From NCBI RefSeq assembly GCF_000006765.1, contig NC_002516.2: 64,000 nucleotides of DNA; one strand, 5' to 3'. This document shows positions 1 to 10,858 of this stretch, in pieces; the stretch's first letter is position 1, and each line of letters opens with the position of its first letter. Source of the DNA: Pseudomonas aeruginosa PAO1 (GTDB lineage: Bacteria; Pseudomonadota; Gammaproteobacteria; Pseudomonadales; Pseudomonadaceae). Under the pieces are notes generated by a model. That model was not told the DNA's origin, ran no database searches, and worked only from the letters and a program-made list of their open reading frames with translations. Both the position numbers and the translations under genes were made by a program.

Positions 1-84
1 AAGGCGCTCGGCTGGGGCAGCGGCGACCTGGCGCCGGGCGCCGGCCAACTGGCCGCCGGCGAAACCGCCGGGGCCAACCGTTGA
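1..84 (+). CDS. opmD: 3' end of outer-membrane efflux factor OpmD (partial)
   Basis: Frame 1 reads KALGWGSGDLAPGAGQLAAGETAGANR-stop (TGA 82-84). The KALG-W motif is typical of OMF C-termini; convergent with phzM as in mexGHI-opmD/phzM. Confidence 0.75.
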   Translation, partial: KALGWGSGDLAPGAGQLAAGETAGANR

Positions 85-94
85 AAGTTCCGAT

Positions 95-1099
95 TCAGGC
101 CCTGGCAGCGACGATCATGCGGGTTTCCATCGGCAGGTCGACGATCCGCTCCACCGCGAAGCCGCCGCGCCCGAGCAGGTCGACCACCTCCTCGGTGGTG
201 CGGTGACGGCCAGCGCAGGCCATGAACAGGTGCACGTCCCAGAGCACCGACATCGGCGACGGCTCGCTGGCCGAGATGGTCCGCTCGATCACCACCACCC
301 GGCCGTCGCCGGCCATCGCCTCGCGGCAATTGCCGAGCAACCGCAGGCTGGCGGCTTCGTCCAGATCGCCGATGATCCGCGACAGCAGGTAGATATCGCC
401 GTTGGACGGCACCTCTTGCAGCATGTCGCCGCCCACCAGGCTGACGCGCTCCCCTGCCAACAGGCTGGAAAGGTTGTCGCGGGCCACGCCGAGGGAACCC
501 TCGCGGTCGAGCATCACGCCCCGGGCGCTGGGCTCGGCCTGCAGGATGGCCTTGGTCAATTCGCCGGAACCGCCACCGACGTCGACGAAGCTACGCCCGC
601 GGAAATCCAGGAGCCTGGGGATCTCGTGGAATGCCAGGTTGCTCGCCTTCATCGCCAGCAGGAAGCGCCGGCCGGCATCCGGGCAGCGCTTCAGGTAGCT
701 GTAGAAGTCTTCGCCGAACGCCAGCTCGAAGCCTGGGGTACCGCTGAGCAGCGCCTCGCAGGCGGGCGTCCAGGCGGCGTGGAACTCCTCGCCGTAGAAC
801 AGCACCATGTCGCGGAAGGAGCCCTCGACATCCCTCAGCAGGTGGCTGGTGGGGGTATTGGCGTAGCCGTCGCGGGTATCGCCCTGGAAGATCTCGAAGG
901 CCACCAGCAGGCGCATCAGTCGATGGATGCGCTCGGCATCGGAACCGACCGCGGCGGCCAGCGTCTCGTCGCTGTCGATCCCGCTCTCGATCAGATCGGC
1001 CAGCCCGAGGCGCGTAGCGACGTAGACGCAACGGGACTTCCATTCCCCGGTAACAACTTGTATCAAATTACGCGCAGCAGCAAGATTCGAATTATTCAT
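95..1099 (-). CDS. phzM: Phenazine-specific SAM-dependent methyltransferase
   Basis: 334 aa; SAM motif VDVGGGSG; O-methyltransferase dimerisation N-terminus; divergent from phzA1. Confidence 0.98.
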   Translation of the reverse strand: MNNSNLAAARNLIQVVTGEWKSRCVYVATRLGLADLIESGIDSDETLAAAVGSDAERIHRLMRLLVAFEIFQGDTRDGYANTPTSHLLRDVEGSFRDMVLFYGEEFHAAWTPACEALLSGTPGFELAFGEDFYSYLKRCPDAGRRFLLAMKASNLAFHEIPRLLDFRGRSFVDVGGGSGELTKAILQAEPSARGVMLDREGSLGVARDNLSSLLAGERVSLVGGDMLQEVPSNGDIYLLSRIIGDLDEAASLRLLGNCREAMAGDGRVVVIERTISASEPSPMSVLWDVHLFMACAGRHRTTEEVVDLLGRGGFAVERIVDLPMETRMIVAARA

Positions 1100-1405
1100 C
1101 TTTTATTCTCTCTCGTTACACATTTCCGTAACCCGAGAAGTACCCAAGCGCTCTATTTCGCACTTCTTGCCCGCTCGGCGAGAAATACCGCAGAACACCC
1201 CGGTTCATTCGGAACTTTGAGAAAAAATACGCTCATCCCCCGGATCAGCGCTCCCTGGATCTCGTTGCGGAAACAACCCTGGAACTTTCCAACTGCCTGT
1301 TCCAGAGCCTTTTCCTGCGTACCGAAAGAATAAAATTACAACTTGGCTACAACCTCCGGCATTGCAGGAAGCATCAGCTTAGCAATCCCGCATACCCTGT
1401 CTGGC

Positions 1406-1425
1406 ACCTACCAGATCTTGTAGTT
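1406..1425 (+). promoter_or_regulatory. las/rhl (lux) box of the phzA1 promoter
   Basis: ACCTACCAGATCTTGTAGTT; core CT-N12-AG (1408-1423) with dyad CTAC...GTAG. Confidence 0.9.
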
Positions 1426-1450
1426 GAGCCGGTACGAGCGTTCTGTGTTT

Positions 1451-1465
1451 TATGCAATCCACATC
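1451..1465 (+). promoter_or_regulatory. Possible RsaL site over the phzA1 -10/TSS region
   Basis: TATGCAATCCACATC matches 10/15 of the rsaL-lasI site as I recall it (TATGAAATTTGCATA). Confidence 0.4.
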
Positions 1466-1795
1466 AGCGACCAGGGATGCTGGCTATTTGAAACACTTCA
1501 CGGAATGACGCTGAAAGTCTTCGCGACCTCGTCTGTCGCACCTTAACGAAAGCATTGCGAATCCATTACCGACAGGTTTCCAAAAGAAACCCGGGATGAA
1601 ACTCCTATTGCCTTTCGAAAATTGGAAACGACAGGCGAACATATGTAACGCGAAATTTCACCCTACGTATAAACAATGCGCCCAGCGAATATCGCTCCCT
1701 TACCGAGCGACGAACTCCTGCGCGCCAGCGAATAACCGATGCCGCGAGGGAAAAGTTTCTCCGGCATACCTGGAGAGCCCTCTCGGAGGCGGCGC

Positions 1796-2284
1796 ATGAA
1801 CGGTCAGCGGTACAGGGAAACACCCCTCGACATCGAGCGTCTGCGGCGCCTGAATCGCGCCACGGTGGAGCGCTACATGGCAATGAAGGGGGCCGAACGG
1901 TTACAGCGGCACAGCCTGTTCGTCGAGGACGGCTGCGCCGGCAACTGGACCACGGAAAGCGGCGAACCCCTGGTTTTCCGGGGCCATGAGAGCCTCAGGC
2001 GGCTCGCCGAGTGGCTCGAGCGCTGCTTCCCCGACTGGGAGTGGCACAACGTGCGGATCTTCGAGACCGAGGATCCGAACCACTTCTGGGTCGAGTGCGA
2101 CGGGCGCGGCAAGGCGCTGGTCCCGGGGTATCCGCAGGGCTATTGCGAGAACCACTACATCCATTCCTTCGAACTCGAGAACGGCCGGATAAAACGTAAT
2201 CGCGAGTTCATGAACCCGATACAGAAACTGCGTGCATTGGGAATAGCCGTTCCGCAAATAAAACGTGACGGTATTCCCACTTGA
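1796..2284 (+). CDS. phzA1: Phenazine biosynthesis protein PhzA1 (SnoaL-like, PhzA/B family)
   Basis: 162 aa from ATG 1796 (MNGQRYRE...), with GGAGG SD at 1785-1789; the track's 1739 start lacks an SD. Confidence 0.97.
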   Translation: MNGQRYRETPLDIERLRRLNRATVERYMAMKGAERLQRHSLFVEDGCAGNWTTESGEPLVFRGHESLRRLAEWLERCFPDWEWHNVRIFETEDPNHFWVECDGRGKALVPGYPQGYCENHYIHSFELENGRIKRNREFMNPIQKLRALGIAVPQIKRDGIPT

Positions 2285-2313
2285 ATGACATCTACCGCCA
2301 AGGAGCATTGACG

Positions 2314-2802
2314 ATGCCTGATACGACAAATCCAATCGGTTTCACCGATGCCAACGAACTTCGCGAAAAGAATCGCGCCACCGTCGAGAAGTACATGAAT
2401 ACCAAAGGCCAGGATCGCCTGCGCCGCCATGAACTTTTCGTCGAGGACGGCTGTGGCGGTTTATGGACCACCGATACCGGCTCGCCCATCGTCATTCGTG
2501 GCAAAGACAAACTTGCGGAACATGCCGTCTGGTCATTGAAGTGCTTTCCCGATTGGGAGTGGTACAACATAAATATATTCGGAACCGACGACCCCAATCA
2601 TTTCTGGGTCGAATGCGACGGTCACGGCAAGATTCTTTTCCCCGGATATCCCGAAGGATATTACGAAAACCACTTCCTGCATTCCTTCGAACTTGAAGAC
2701 GGCAAGATCAAGCGCAACCGCGAATTCATGAACGTCTTCCAGCAATTGCGCGCCTTGAGCATTCCGGTCCCGCAGATCAAACGCGAAGGCATTCCCACCT
2801 GA
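2314..2802 (+). CDS. phzB1: Phenazine biosynthesis protein PhzB1
   Basis: 162 aa from ATG 2314 (AAGGAG SD upstream); paralog of PhzA1 (shared [19 protein letters not shown]). Confidence 0.97.
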
Positions 2803-2825
2803 GGCCATCCTGGAAGGGGTGAACT

Positions 2826-4043
2826 ATGGACGATCTATTGCAACGCGTACGGCGCTGCGAAGCGCTGCAGCAACCCGAATGGGGCGATCCGTCGCGCCTG
2901 CGCGACGTGCAGGCGTACCTGCGCGGCAGTCCGGCGCTGATCCGCGCCGGCGACATCCTGGCCCTGCGCGCGACCCTGGCGCGGGTCGCCCGCGGCGAGG
3001 CGCTGGTGGTGCAGTGCGGCGACTGCGCCGAGGACATGGACGACCACCATGCCGAGAACGTGGCGCGCAAGGCCGCCGTGCTGGAACTGCTGGCCGGCGC
3101 CCTGCGCCTGGCCGGCCGGCGGCCGGTGATCCGCGTCGGGCGCATCGCCGGGCAGTACGCCAAGCCGCGTTCCAAGCCGCACGAGCAGGTCGGCGAGCAG
3201 ACCCTGCCGGTCTATCGCGGCGACATGGTCAACGGCCGCGAGGCCCATGCCGAACAGCGCCGGGCCGATCCGCAGCGGATCCTCAAGGGCTATGCGGCGG
3301 CGCGCAACATCATGCGCCACCTGGGCTGGGACGCCGCGTCCGGGCAGGAGGCGAATGCCTCGCCGGTCTGGACCAGCCACGAGATGCTGCTGCTCGACTA
3401 CGAGCTGTCGATGCTGCGCGAGGACGAGCAGCGCCGGGTCTATCTCGGTTCGACCCACTGGCCGTGGATCGGCGAGCGCACCCGCCAGGTCGACGGCGCC
3501 CATGTGGCGCTGCTGGCCGAGGTGCTCAACCCGGTGGCCTGCAAGGTCGGTCCGGAGATCGGCCGCGACCAGTTGCTGGCGCTCTGCGAGCGCCTCGATC
3601 CGCGCCGCGAGCCGGGACGCCTGACGCTGATCGCGCGGATGGGCGCGCAGAAGGTCGGCGAGCGCCTGCCGCCGCTGGTGGAGGCGGTGCGCGCGGCCGG
3701 GCACCCGGTGATCTGGCTGAGCGACCCGATGCACGGCAACACCATCGTCGCGCCCTGCGGCAACAAGACCCGCCTGGTGCGCAGCATCGCCGAGGAGGTG
3801 GCGGCGTTCCGCCTGGCGGTGTCCGGCTCCGGCGGCGTGGCCGCCGGGCTGCACCTGGAAACCACCCCGGACGACGTCACCGAGTGCGTCGCCGATTCCA
3901 GCGGCCTGCACCAGGTCAGCCGGCACTACACCAGCCTCTGCGATCCGCGGCTGAACCCCTGGCAGGCGCTCAGCGCGGTGATGGCCTGGTCCGGCGCAGA
4001 AGCGATCCCGAGCGCAACCTTCCCCCTGGAGACCGTGGCATGA
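2826..4043 (+). CDS. phzC1: Class II DAHP synthase
   Basis: 405 aa; [23 protein letters not shown] and DPMHGNT motifs. Confidence 0.97.
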
Positions 4044-4663
4044 GCGGCATTCCCGAAATCACCGCCTATCCCTTGCCGACCGCCCAGCAACTGCCGGCCA
4101 ACCTGGCGCGCTGGAGCCTGGAGCCGCGGCGCGCGGTGCTGCTGGTGCACGACATGCAGCGCTACTTCCTACGCCCGCTGCCCGAGAGCCTGCGCGCCGG
4201 ACTGGTGGCCAACGCCGCGCGGCTGCGCCGCTGGTGCGTCGAGCAGGGCGTGCAGATCGCCTACACCGCCCAGCCGGGCAGCATGACCGAGGAGCAGCGC
4301 GGTCTGCTCAAGGACTTCTGGGGGCCGGGCATGCGCGCCAGTCCGGCCGACCGCGAGGTGGTCGAGGAGCTGGCGCCGGGGCCGGACGACTGGCTGCTGA
4401 CCAAGTGGCGCTACAGCGCCTTCTTCCACTCCGACCTGCTCCAGCGGATGCGCGCCGCCGGCCGCGACCAGTTGGTGCTGTGCGGCGTATACGCCCACGT
4501 CGGGGTGCTGATCTCCACGGTCGACGCCTACTCCAACGACATCCAGCCGTTCCTGGTGGCCGACGCCATCGCCGACTTCAGCGAGGCGCACCACCGCATG
4601 GCCCTGGAATACGCCGCCAGCCGCTGCGCGATGGTGGTCACCACCGACGAGGTGCTGGAATGA
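4040..4663 (+). CDS. phzD1: Isochorismatase-family ADIC hydrolase
   Basis: 207 aa from ATG 4040 (ATGA overlap with phzC1); [24 protein letters not shown] motifs. Confidence 0.96.
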
Positions 4664-6543
4664 ACGCCCTGCCCACATCGCTGTTGCAGCGCCTGCTCGA
4701 ACGGCCGGCGCCGTTCGCCTTGCTCTACCGCCCGGAAAGCAATGGCCCGGGCCTGCTCGACGTGATCCGCGGCGAGGCGCTCGAACTGCACGGCCTGGCC
4801 GACCTGCCGCTGGACGAGCCCGGCCCGGGCCTGCCGCGCCATGACCTGCTGGCGCTGATTCCCTACCGGCAGATCGCCGAGCGCGGCTTCGAGGCGCTCG
4901 ACGACGGCACGCCGCTGCTGGCGCTGAAGGTCCTGGAGCAGGAACTGCTGCCGCTGGAGCAGGCCCTGGCGCTGCTGCCGAACCAGGCGCTGGAACTGAG
5001 CGAGGAAGGTTTCGACCTCGACGACGAGGCCTACGCCGAAGTGGTCGGGCGGGTCATCGCCGACGAGATCGGTCGCGGCGAAGGCGCCAACTTCGTGATC
5101 AAGCGGCGCTTCCAGGCGCGCATCGACGGCTACGCCACGGCCAGCGCGCTGAGCTTCTTCCGCCAGTTGCTGCTGCGCGAGAAGGGCGCCTACTGGACCT
5201 TCATCGTCCACACCGGCGAACGCACCCTGGTCGGCGCCTCGCCCGAGCGACACATCAGCGTGCGCGACGGCCTGGCGGTGATGAACCCGATCAGCGGCAC
5301 CTACCGCTACCCGCCGGCCGGGCCGAACCTGGCCGAGGTCATGGAATTCCTCGACAACCGCAAGGAAGCCGACGAGCTGTACATGGTGGTGGACGAGGAG
5401 CTGAAGATGATGGCGCGGATCTGCGAGGACGGCGGCCGGGTGCTCGGTCCCTACCTCAAGGAGATGGCGCACCTGGCGCACACCGAGTACTTCATCGAGG
5501 GCCAGACCAGCCGCGACGTGCGCGAGGTGCTGCGCGAGACGCTGTTCGCCCCGACCGTCACCGGCAGCCCGCTGGAAAGCGCCTGCCGGGTGATCCGCCG
5601 CTACGAGCCGCAGGGTCGCGGCTACTACAGCGGGGTGGCGGCGCTGATCGGCGGTGATGGCCAGGGCGGGCGCACGCTGGACTCGGCGATCCTGATCCGC
5701 ACCGCCGAGATCGAGGGCGACGGCCGCCTGCGCATCGGCGTCGGCTCGACCATCGTGCGTCACTCCGATCCCCTGGGCGAGGCGGCGGAAAGCCGGGCCA
5801 AGGCTTCCGGGCTGATCGCCGCGCTGAAGAGCCAGGCGCCGCAGCGCCTGGGCTCGCACCCGCACGTGGTGGCGGCGCTGGCCAGCCGCAACGCGCCGAT
5901 CGCCGACTTCTGGCTGCGCGGCGCCAGCGAGCGCCAGCAGTTGCAGGCCGACCTGTCCGGACGCGAGGTGCTGATCGTCGATGCCGAGGACACCTTCACC
6001 TCGATGATCGCCAAGCAGCTCAAGTCGCTGGGCCTGACGGTGACCGTGCGCGGCTTCCAGGAGCCGTACTCGTTCGACGGCTACGACCTGGTGATCATGG
6101 GCCCCGGCCCAGGCAACCCCACCGAGATCGGCCAGCCGAAGATCGGCCACCTGCACCTGGCCATCCGTTCGCTGCTCAGCGAGCGCCGGCCGTTCCTCGC
6201 CGTGTGCCTGAGCCACCAGGTGCTGAGCCTGTGCCTGGGCCTGGACCTGCAACGCCGGCAAGAGCCCAACCAGGGCGTGCAGAAACAGATCGACCTGTTC
6301 GGCGCCGCCGAGCGCGTCGGCTTCTACAACACCTTCGCTGCGCGCGCCCTGCAGGACCGCATCGAGATCCCCGAGGTCGGCCCGATCGAGATCAGCCGCG
6401 ACCGCGAGACCGGCGAGGTCCATGCCCTGCGCGGGCCGCGCTTCGCCTCCATGCAATTCCACCCCGAATCGGTGCTGACCCGCGAGGGTCCGCGCATCAT
6501 CGCCGACCTGCTGCGTCACGCGCTGGTCGAGCGGCGGCCCTGA
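4660..6543 (+). CDS. phzE1: ADIC synthase (MST domain fused to glutamine amidotransferase)
   Basis: 627 aa from ATG 4660; anthranilate-synthase-like domain plus GATase motifs GPGPG, AVCLSHQ, FHPES. Confidence 0.97.
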
Positions 6544-6556
6544 GCCAGGAGAGCCC

Positions 6557-7393
6557 ATGCACAGATATGTCGTGATAGACGCCTTCGCCAGCGAACCGCT
6601 GCAAGGCAACCCGGTGGCGGTGTTCTTCGACTGCGACGACCTCAGCGGCGAGCGCATGCAGCGCATGGCGCGGGAGATGAACCTGTCGGAGAGCACCTTC
6701 GTGCTCCGCCCGCAACAGGACGGCGACGCGCGCATCCGCATCTTCACCCCGGTCAACGAACTGCCGTTCGCCGGCCACCCGCTGCTGGGCACCGCCATCG
6801 CCCTGGGCGCCGAGACCGACAAGGACAGGCTGTTCCTGGAGACCAGGATGGGCACCGTGCCCTTCGCCCTGGAACGCCAGGACGGCAAGGTGGTGGCCTG
6901 CAGCATGCAGCAGCCGATCCCCACCTGGGAGCACTTCAGCCGACCGGCCGAGCTGCTCGCCGCCCTCGGCCTGAAGGGCTCGACCTTTCCCATCGAGGTC
7001 TACCGCAACGGCCCGCGCCACGTCTTCGTCGGCCTGGAGAGCGTCGCCGCGCTGTCCGCGCTGCACCCCGACCACCGCGCGCTGTGCGACTTCCCGGACC
7101 TGGCGGTGAACTGCTTCGCCGGCGCCGGGCGGCACTGGCGCAGCCGCATGTTCTCGCCGGCCTACGGCGTGGTCGAGGACGCCGCCACCGGTTCCGCCGC
7201 CGGGCCGCTGGCGATCCACCTGGCGCGCCACCGGCAGATTCCCTACGGGCAGCAGATCGAGATCCTCCAGGGCGTCGAGATCGGCCGGCCGTCGCGCATG
7301 TACGCCCGCGCCGAGGGCGCCGGCGAGCGGGTCTCGGCGGTGGAAGTGTCGGGCAACGGCGCGGCCTTCGCCGAAGGCCGCGCCTACCTGTGA
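6557..7393 (+). CDS. phzF1: DHHA isomerase
   Basis: 278 aa; [30 protein letters not shown] motifs. Confidence 0.97.
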   Translation: MHRYVVIDAFASEPLQGNPVAVFFDCDDLSGERMQRMAREMNLSESTFVLRPQQDGDARIRIFTPVNELPFAGHPLLGTAIALGAETDKDRLFLETRMGTVPFALERQDGKVVACSMQQPIPTWEHFSRPAELLAALGLKGSTFPIEVYRNGPRHVFVGLESVAALSALHPDHRALCDFPDLAVNCFAGAGRHWRSRMFSPAYGVVEDAATGSAAGPLAIHLARHRQIPYGQQIEILQGVEIGRPSRMYARAEGAGERVSAVEVSGNGAAFAEGRAYL

Positions 7394-7418
7394 ACGGGCA
7401 GAACGGAGGAACGCCGTG

Positions 7419-8063
7419 ATGGGCGTCAACGCGAACATTTCCGAGTCCCTCACCGGGACCATCGAAGCCCCTTTCCCGGAGTTCGAGGCGCCGCCGGCGA
7501 ACCCCATGGAGGTGCTGCGCAACTGGCTGGAACGCGCCCGCCGCTACGGCGTGCGCGAGCCGCGGGCACTGGCCCTGGCCACGGTCGACGGGCAGGGCCG
7601 GCCGTCGACGCGGATCGTGGTGATCGCCGAGCTGGGCGAGCGCGGGGTGGTGTTCGCCACCCACGCCGATAGCCAGAAGGGCCGCGAACTGGCGCAGAAC
7701 CCCTGGGCCTCGGGGGTGCTGTACTGGCGCGAGAGCAGCCAGCAGATCATCCTCAACGGCCGCGCCGAACGCCTGCCCGACGAGCGCGCCGACGCCCAGT
7801 GGCTGAGCCGCCCGTACCAGACCCACCCGATGTCGATCGCCTCGCGGCAGAGCGAAACCCTCGCCGACATCCACGCCCTGCGCGCCGAAGCCCGGCGCCT
7901 GGCGGAAACCGACGGCCCGCTGCCGCGCCCGCCGGGCTACTGCCTGTTCGAACTGTGCCTGGAGTCGGTGGAGTTCTGGGGCAACGGCACCGAGCGGCTG
8001 CACGAGCGCCTGCGCTACGACCGCGACGAAGGAGGCTGGAAGCACCGCTACCTGCAACCGTGA
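7419..8063 (+). CDS. phzG1: FMN-dependent oxidase (PNPOx family)
   Basis: 214 aa from ATG 7419 (GTG 7416 is an alternative); LATVD..RIV, SQKG, VEFW, RLHER motifs. Confidence 0.96.
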   Translation: MGVNANISESLTGTIEAPFPEFEAPPANPMEVLRNWLERARRYGVREPRALALATVDGQGRPSTRIVVIAELGERGVVFATHADSQKGRELAQNPWASGVLYWRESSQQIILNGRAERLPDERADAQWLSRPYQTHPMSIASRQSETLADIHALRAEARRLAETDGPLPRPPGYCLFELCLESVEFWGNGTERLHERLRYDRDEGGWKHRYLQP

Positions 8064-8068
8064 CGACA

Positions 8069-8232
8069 CCGCTGCGCCGGCGTTTCATGGCGGATAACCG
8101 CAAGCGGTTATTCGCCCTACGCGGCCTTGGAGCCCATCTAACCGCACGCGGTCATGCGTACCGCGGCCTCGGAGCCGGTTCGTAGGGCGAATGACGCCAC
8201 CGGCGTTATCCGCCGCTGCGCCGACGTTTCAT
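8069..8232. repeat. GTAG-family REP doublet (REPIN/BIME-like) with flanking direct repeats
   Basis: REP 8089-8120 (GGCGGATAACCGCAAGCGGTTATTCGCCCTAC) and inverted REP 8182-8214 (GTAGGGCGAATGACGCCACCGGCGTTATCCGCC); 20-bp direct repeat at 8069-8088 and 8213-8232 (1 mismatch). Confidence 0.8.
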
Positions 8233-8240
8233 CGCGGTAA

Positions 8241-9509
<1,269 letters not shown>

Positions 9510-9516
9510 CAACACC

Positions 9517-9570
9517 GGGCAGGCCACCGCGCCTGCCCTCTCCCGCCTCTCCCGTCCGCGGGAGAGGCGG
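9517..9570. terminator. Two GC-rich hairpins between convergent phzS and fptX
   Basis: 8-bp stem 9517-9524/9531-9538 and 12-bp stem 9543-9554/9559-9570 (loop TCCG). No U-tract, so not a canonical intrinsic terminator. Confidence 0.45.
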
Positions 9571-9613
9571 CATCCGTGCGGGTGCCGGGCGCTGCGCGCC
9601 TATCGGCAGCGCC

Positions 9614-10858
9614 TCAGGCCTCTTCCGCCCGCCCCTTCCACTCCCCGCGCCCCTCGCCGGCCTGCAGGCGCAGGGCGAGCAGCAGGGCCAGCACCGCCAG
9701 GGCGCTGCCGGTGAGGAAACCGCCGGCATAGCCGATCTGCGCGGTGAGGCTGACCAGGAACGAAGACGCCAGCATCTCGCCGAGGTCTCGGGTGCTCTGC
9801 ACCGCGGTGACATCGGTGCCGGCCTGGCCGCCCTGGCCGGCGAAGCGCATCGCCGCGGTGAGGATCGCCACCGAGGTGATGCCGGTAGCCAGCGAGCCGA
9901 TCAGCACGCAGGTCCACGCCAATCCTTCGCTCAGTGCCAACCAGCGACCGGCCTGCAGATACCAGAGCAGCGCCGAACAACCGGCGAGCACCACGCCAAG
10001 GGCGAAACCGCGCCACAGGCCGATCCGCCTGACCAGCCAGGCGCCGCCGCCGCAGCCGAGGAATACCGTGACCAGGCCACCGCTCATGCCCAGCCGGCCG
10101 ATGTCCTGCAAGGCCCAGCCGGCATCGCTGAGGTACAGCTTGGACAGGCCGAAGCCGGATACCGCGGTCATCGCCGACAGCAGCGCCAGCGCCAGCAGCG
10201 AAGGCGCCAGCGGCCGACGCAGGAAGCGCAGCAGGCTGGCCTTGGCGGCCGGTGCCGGGGGGAGTTCGTGGGGGTCGCCGCGCCCCAGGGCGAGCACGCA
10301 GCACAGGCTTGCCAGCGGCACGCAGGCCATGACCAGGAACGCCGTGCGCTGGCCGAAATGCCCGGCGAGGATCAGGCTGCCGGCGCCGCCGCCGAAGAAG
10401 CCGATCATCACCCCGGCGATCTGTACCGCGTTGACCTTGGCCAGCAGCTCGCCGCTGAAGTGCTCCGCCGCCATGCCGTCGGTGGCGATGTCCTGGGTCG
10501 CGCTGGCCAGCGAAGCCAGCGCCAGCAGGCCGACCGCCCAACCGGCACTGGCCACGCCGAGGCCGAGCGTCGCCAGGCCGAGCAGGCAGGCGAGGACCAT
10601 GCATTGCATCGGCAGGATCCAGCTACGCCGCCGGCCGAGACGGCGCGACCAGTGATTGTCGACCCAGGGTGCCCAGAGGAACTTGACCACCCAGGGCAGC
10701 CCCACCAGGGGCAGGAAGGCCAGCGCCTGCAATGGCGCGCCATCCTGGCGCAGGAGGGTGGGCAGGGCGTCCATGGCCAGGCCGATGGGAATGCCCTGGG
10801 ACAGGTAGAGCAACGCCAGGGTGATGACCAGGCGGCGGTGGCGGTACAGCTCAAGCAT
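9614..10858 (-). CDS. fptX: RhtX/FptX-family inner-membrane ferripyochelin permease (MFS)
   Basis: 414 aa from ATG 10858; LYLSQGIP, KFLWAPWVD, SATQDIATD (AmpG/RhtX-like) motifs. Confidence 0.93.
   Translation of the reverse strand: MLELYRHRRLVITLALLYLSQGIPIGLAMDALPTLLRQDGAPLQALAFLPLVGLPWVVKFLWAPWVDNHWSRRLGRRRSWILPMQCMVLACLLGLATLGLGVASAGWAVGLLALASLASATQDIATDGMAAEHFSGELLAKVNAVQIAGVMIGFFGGGAGSLILAGHFGQRTAFLVMACVPLASLCCVLALGRGDPHELPPAPAAKASLLRFLRRPLAPSLLALALLSAMTAVSGFGLSKLYLSDAGWALQDIGRLGMSGGLVTVFLGCGGGAWLVRRIGLWRGFALGVVLAGCSALLWYLQAGRWLALSEGLAWTCVLIGSLATGITSVAILTAAMRFAGQGGQAGTDVTAVQSTRDLGEMLASSFLVSLTAQIGYAGGFLTGSALAVLALLLALRLQAGEGRGEWKGRAEEA

Noticed and set aside
8069-8232. Possible mini-CRISPR or IS remnant
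   Set aside because: Only two repeat copies, in inverted REP arrangement; no cas or transposase gene nearby.
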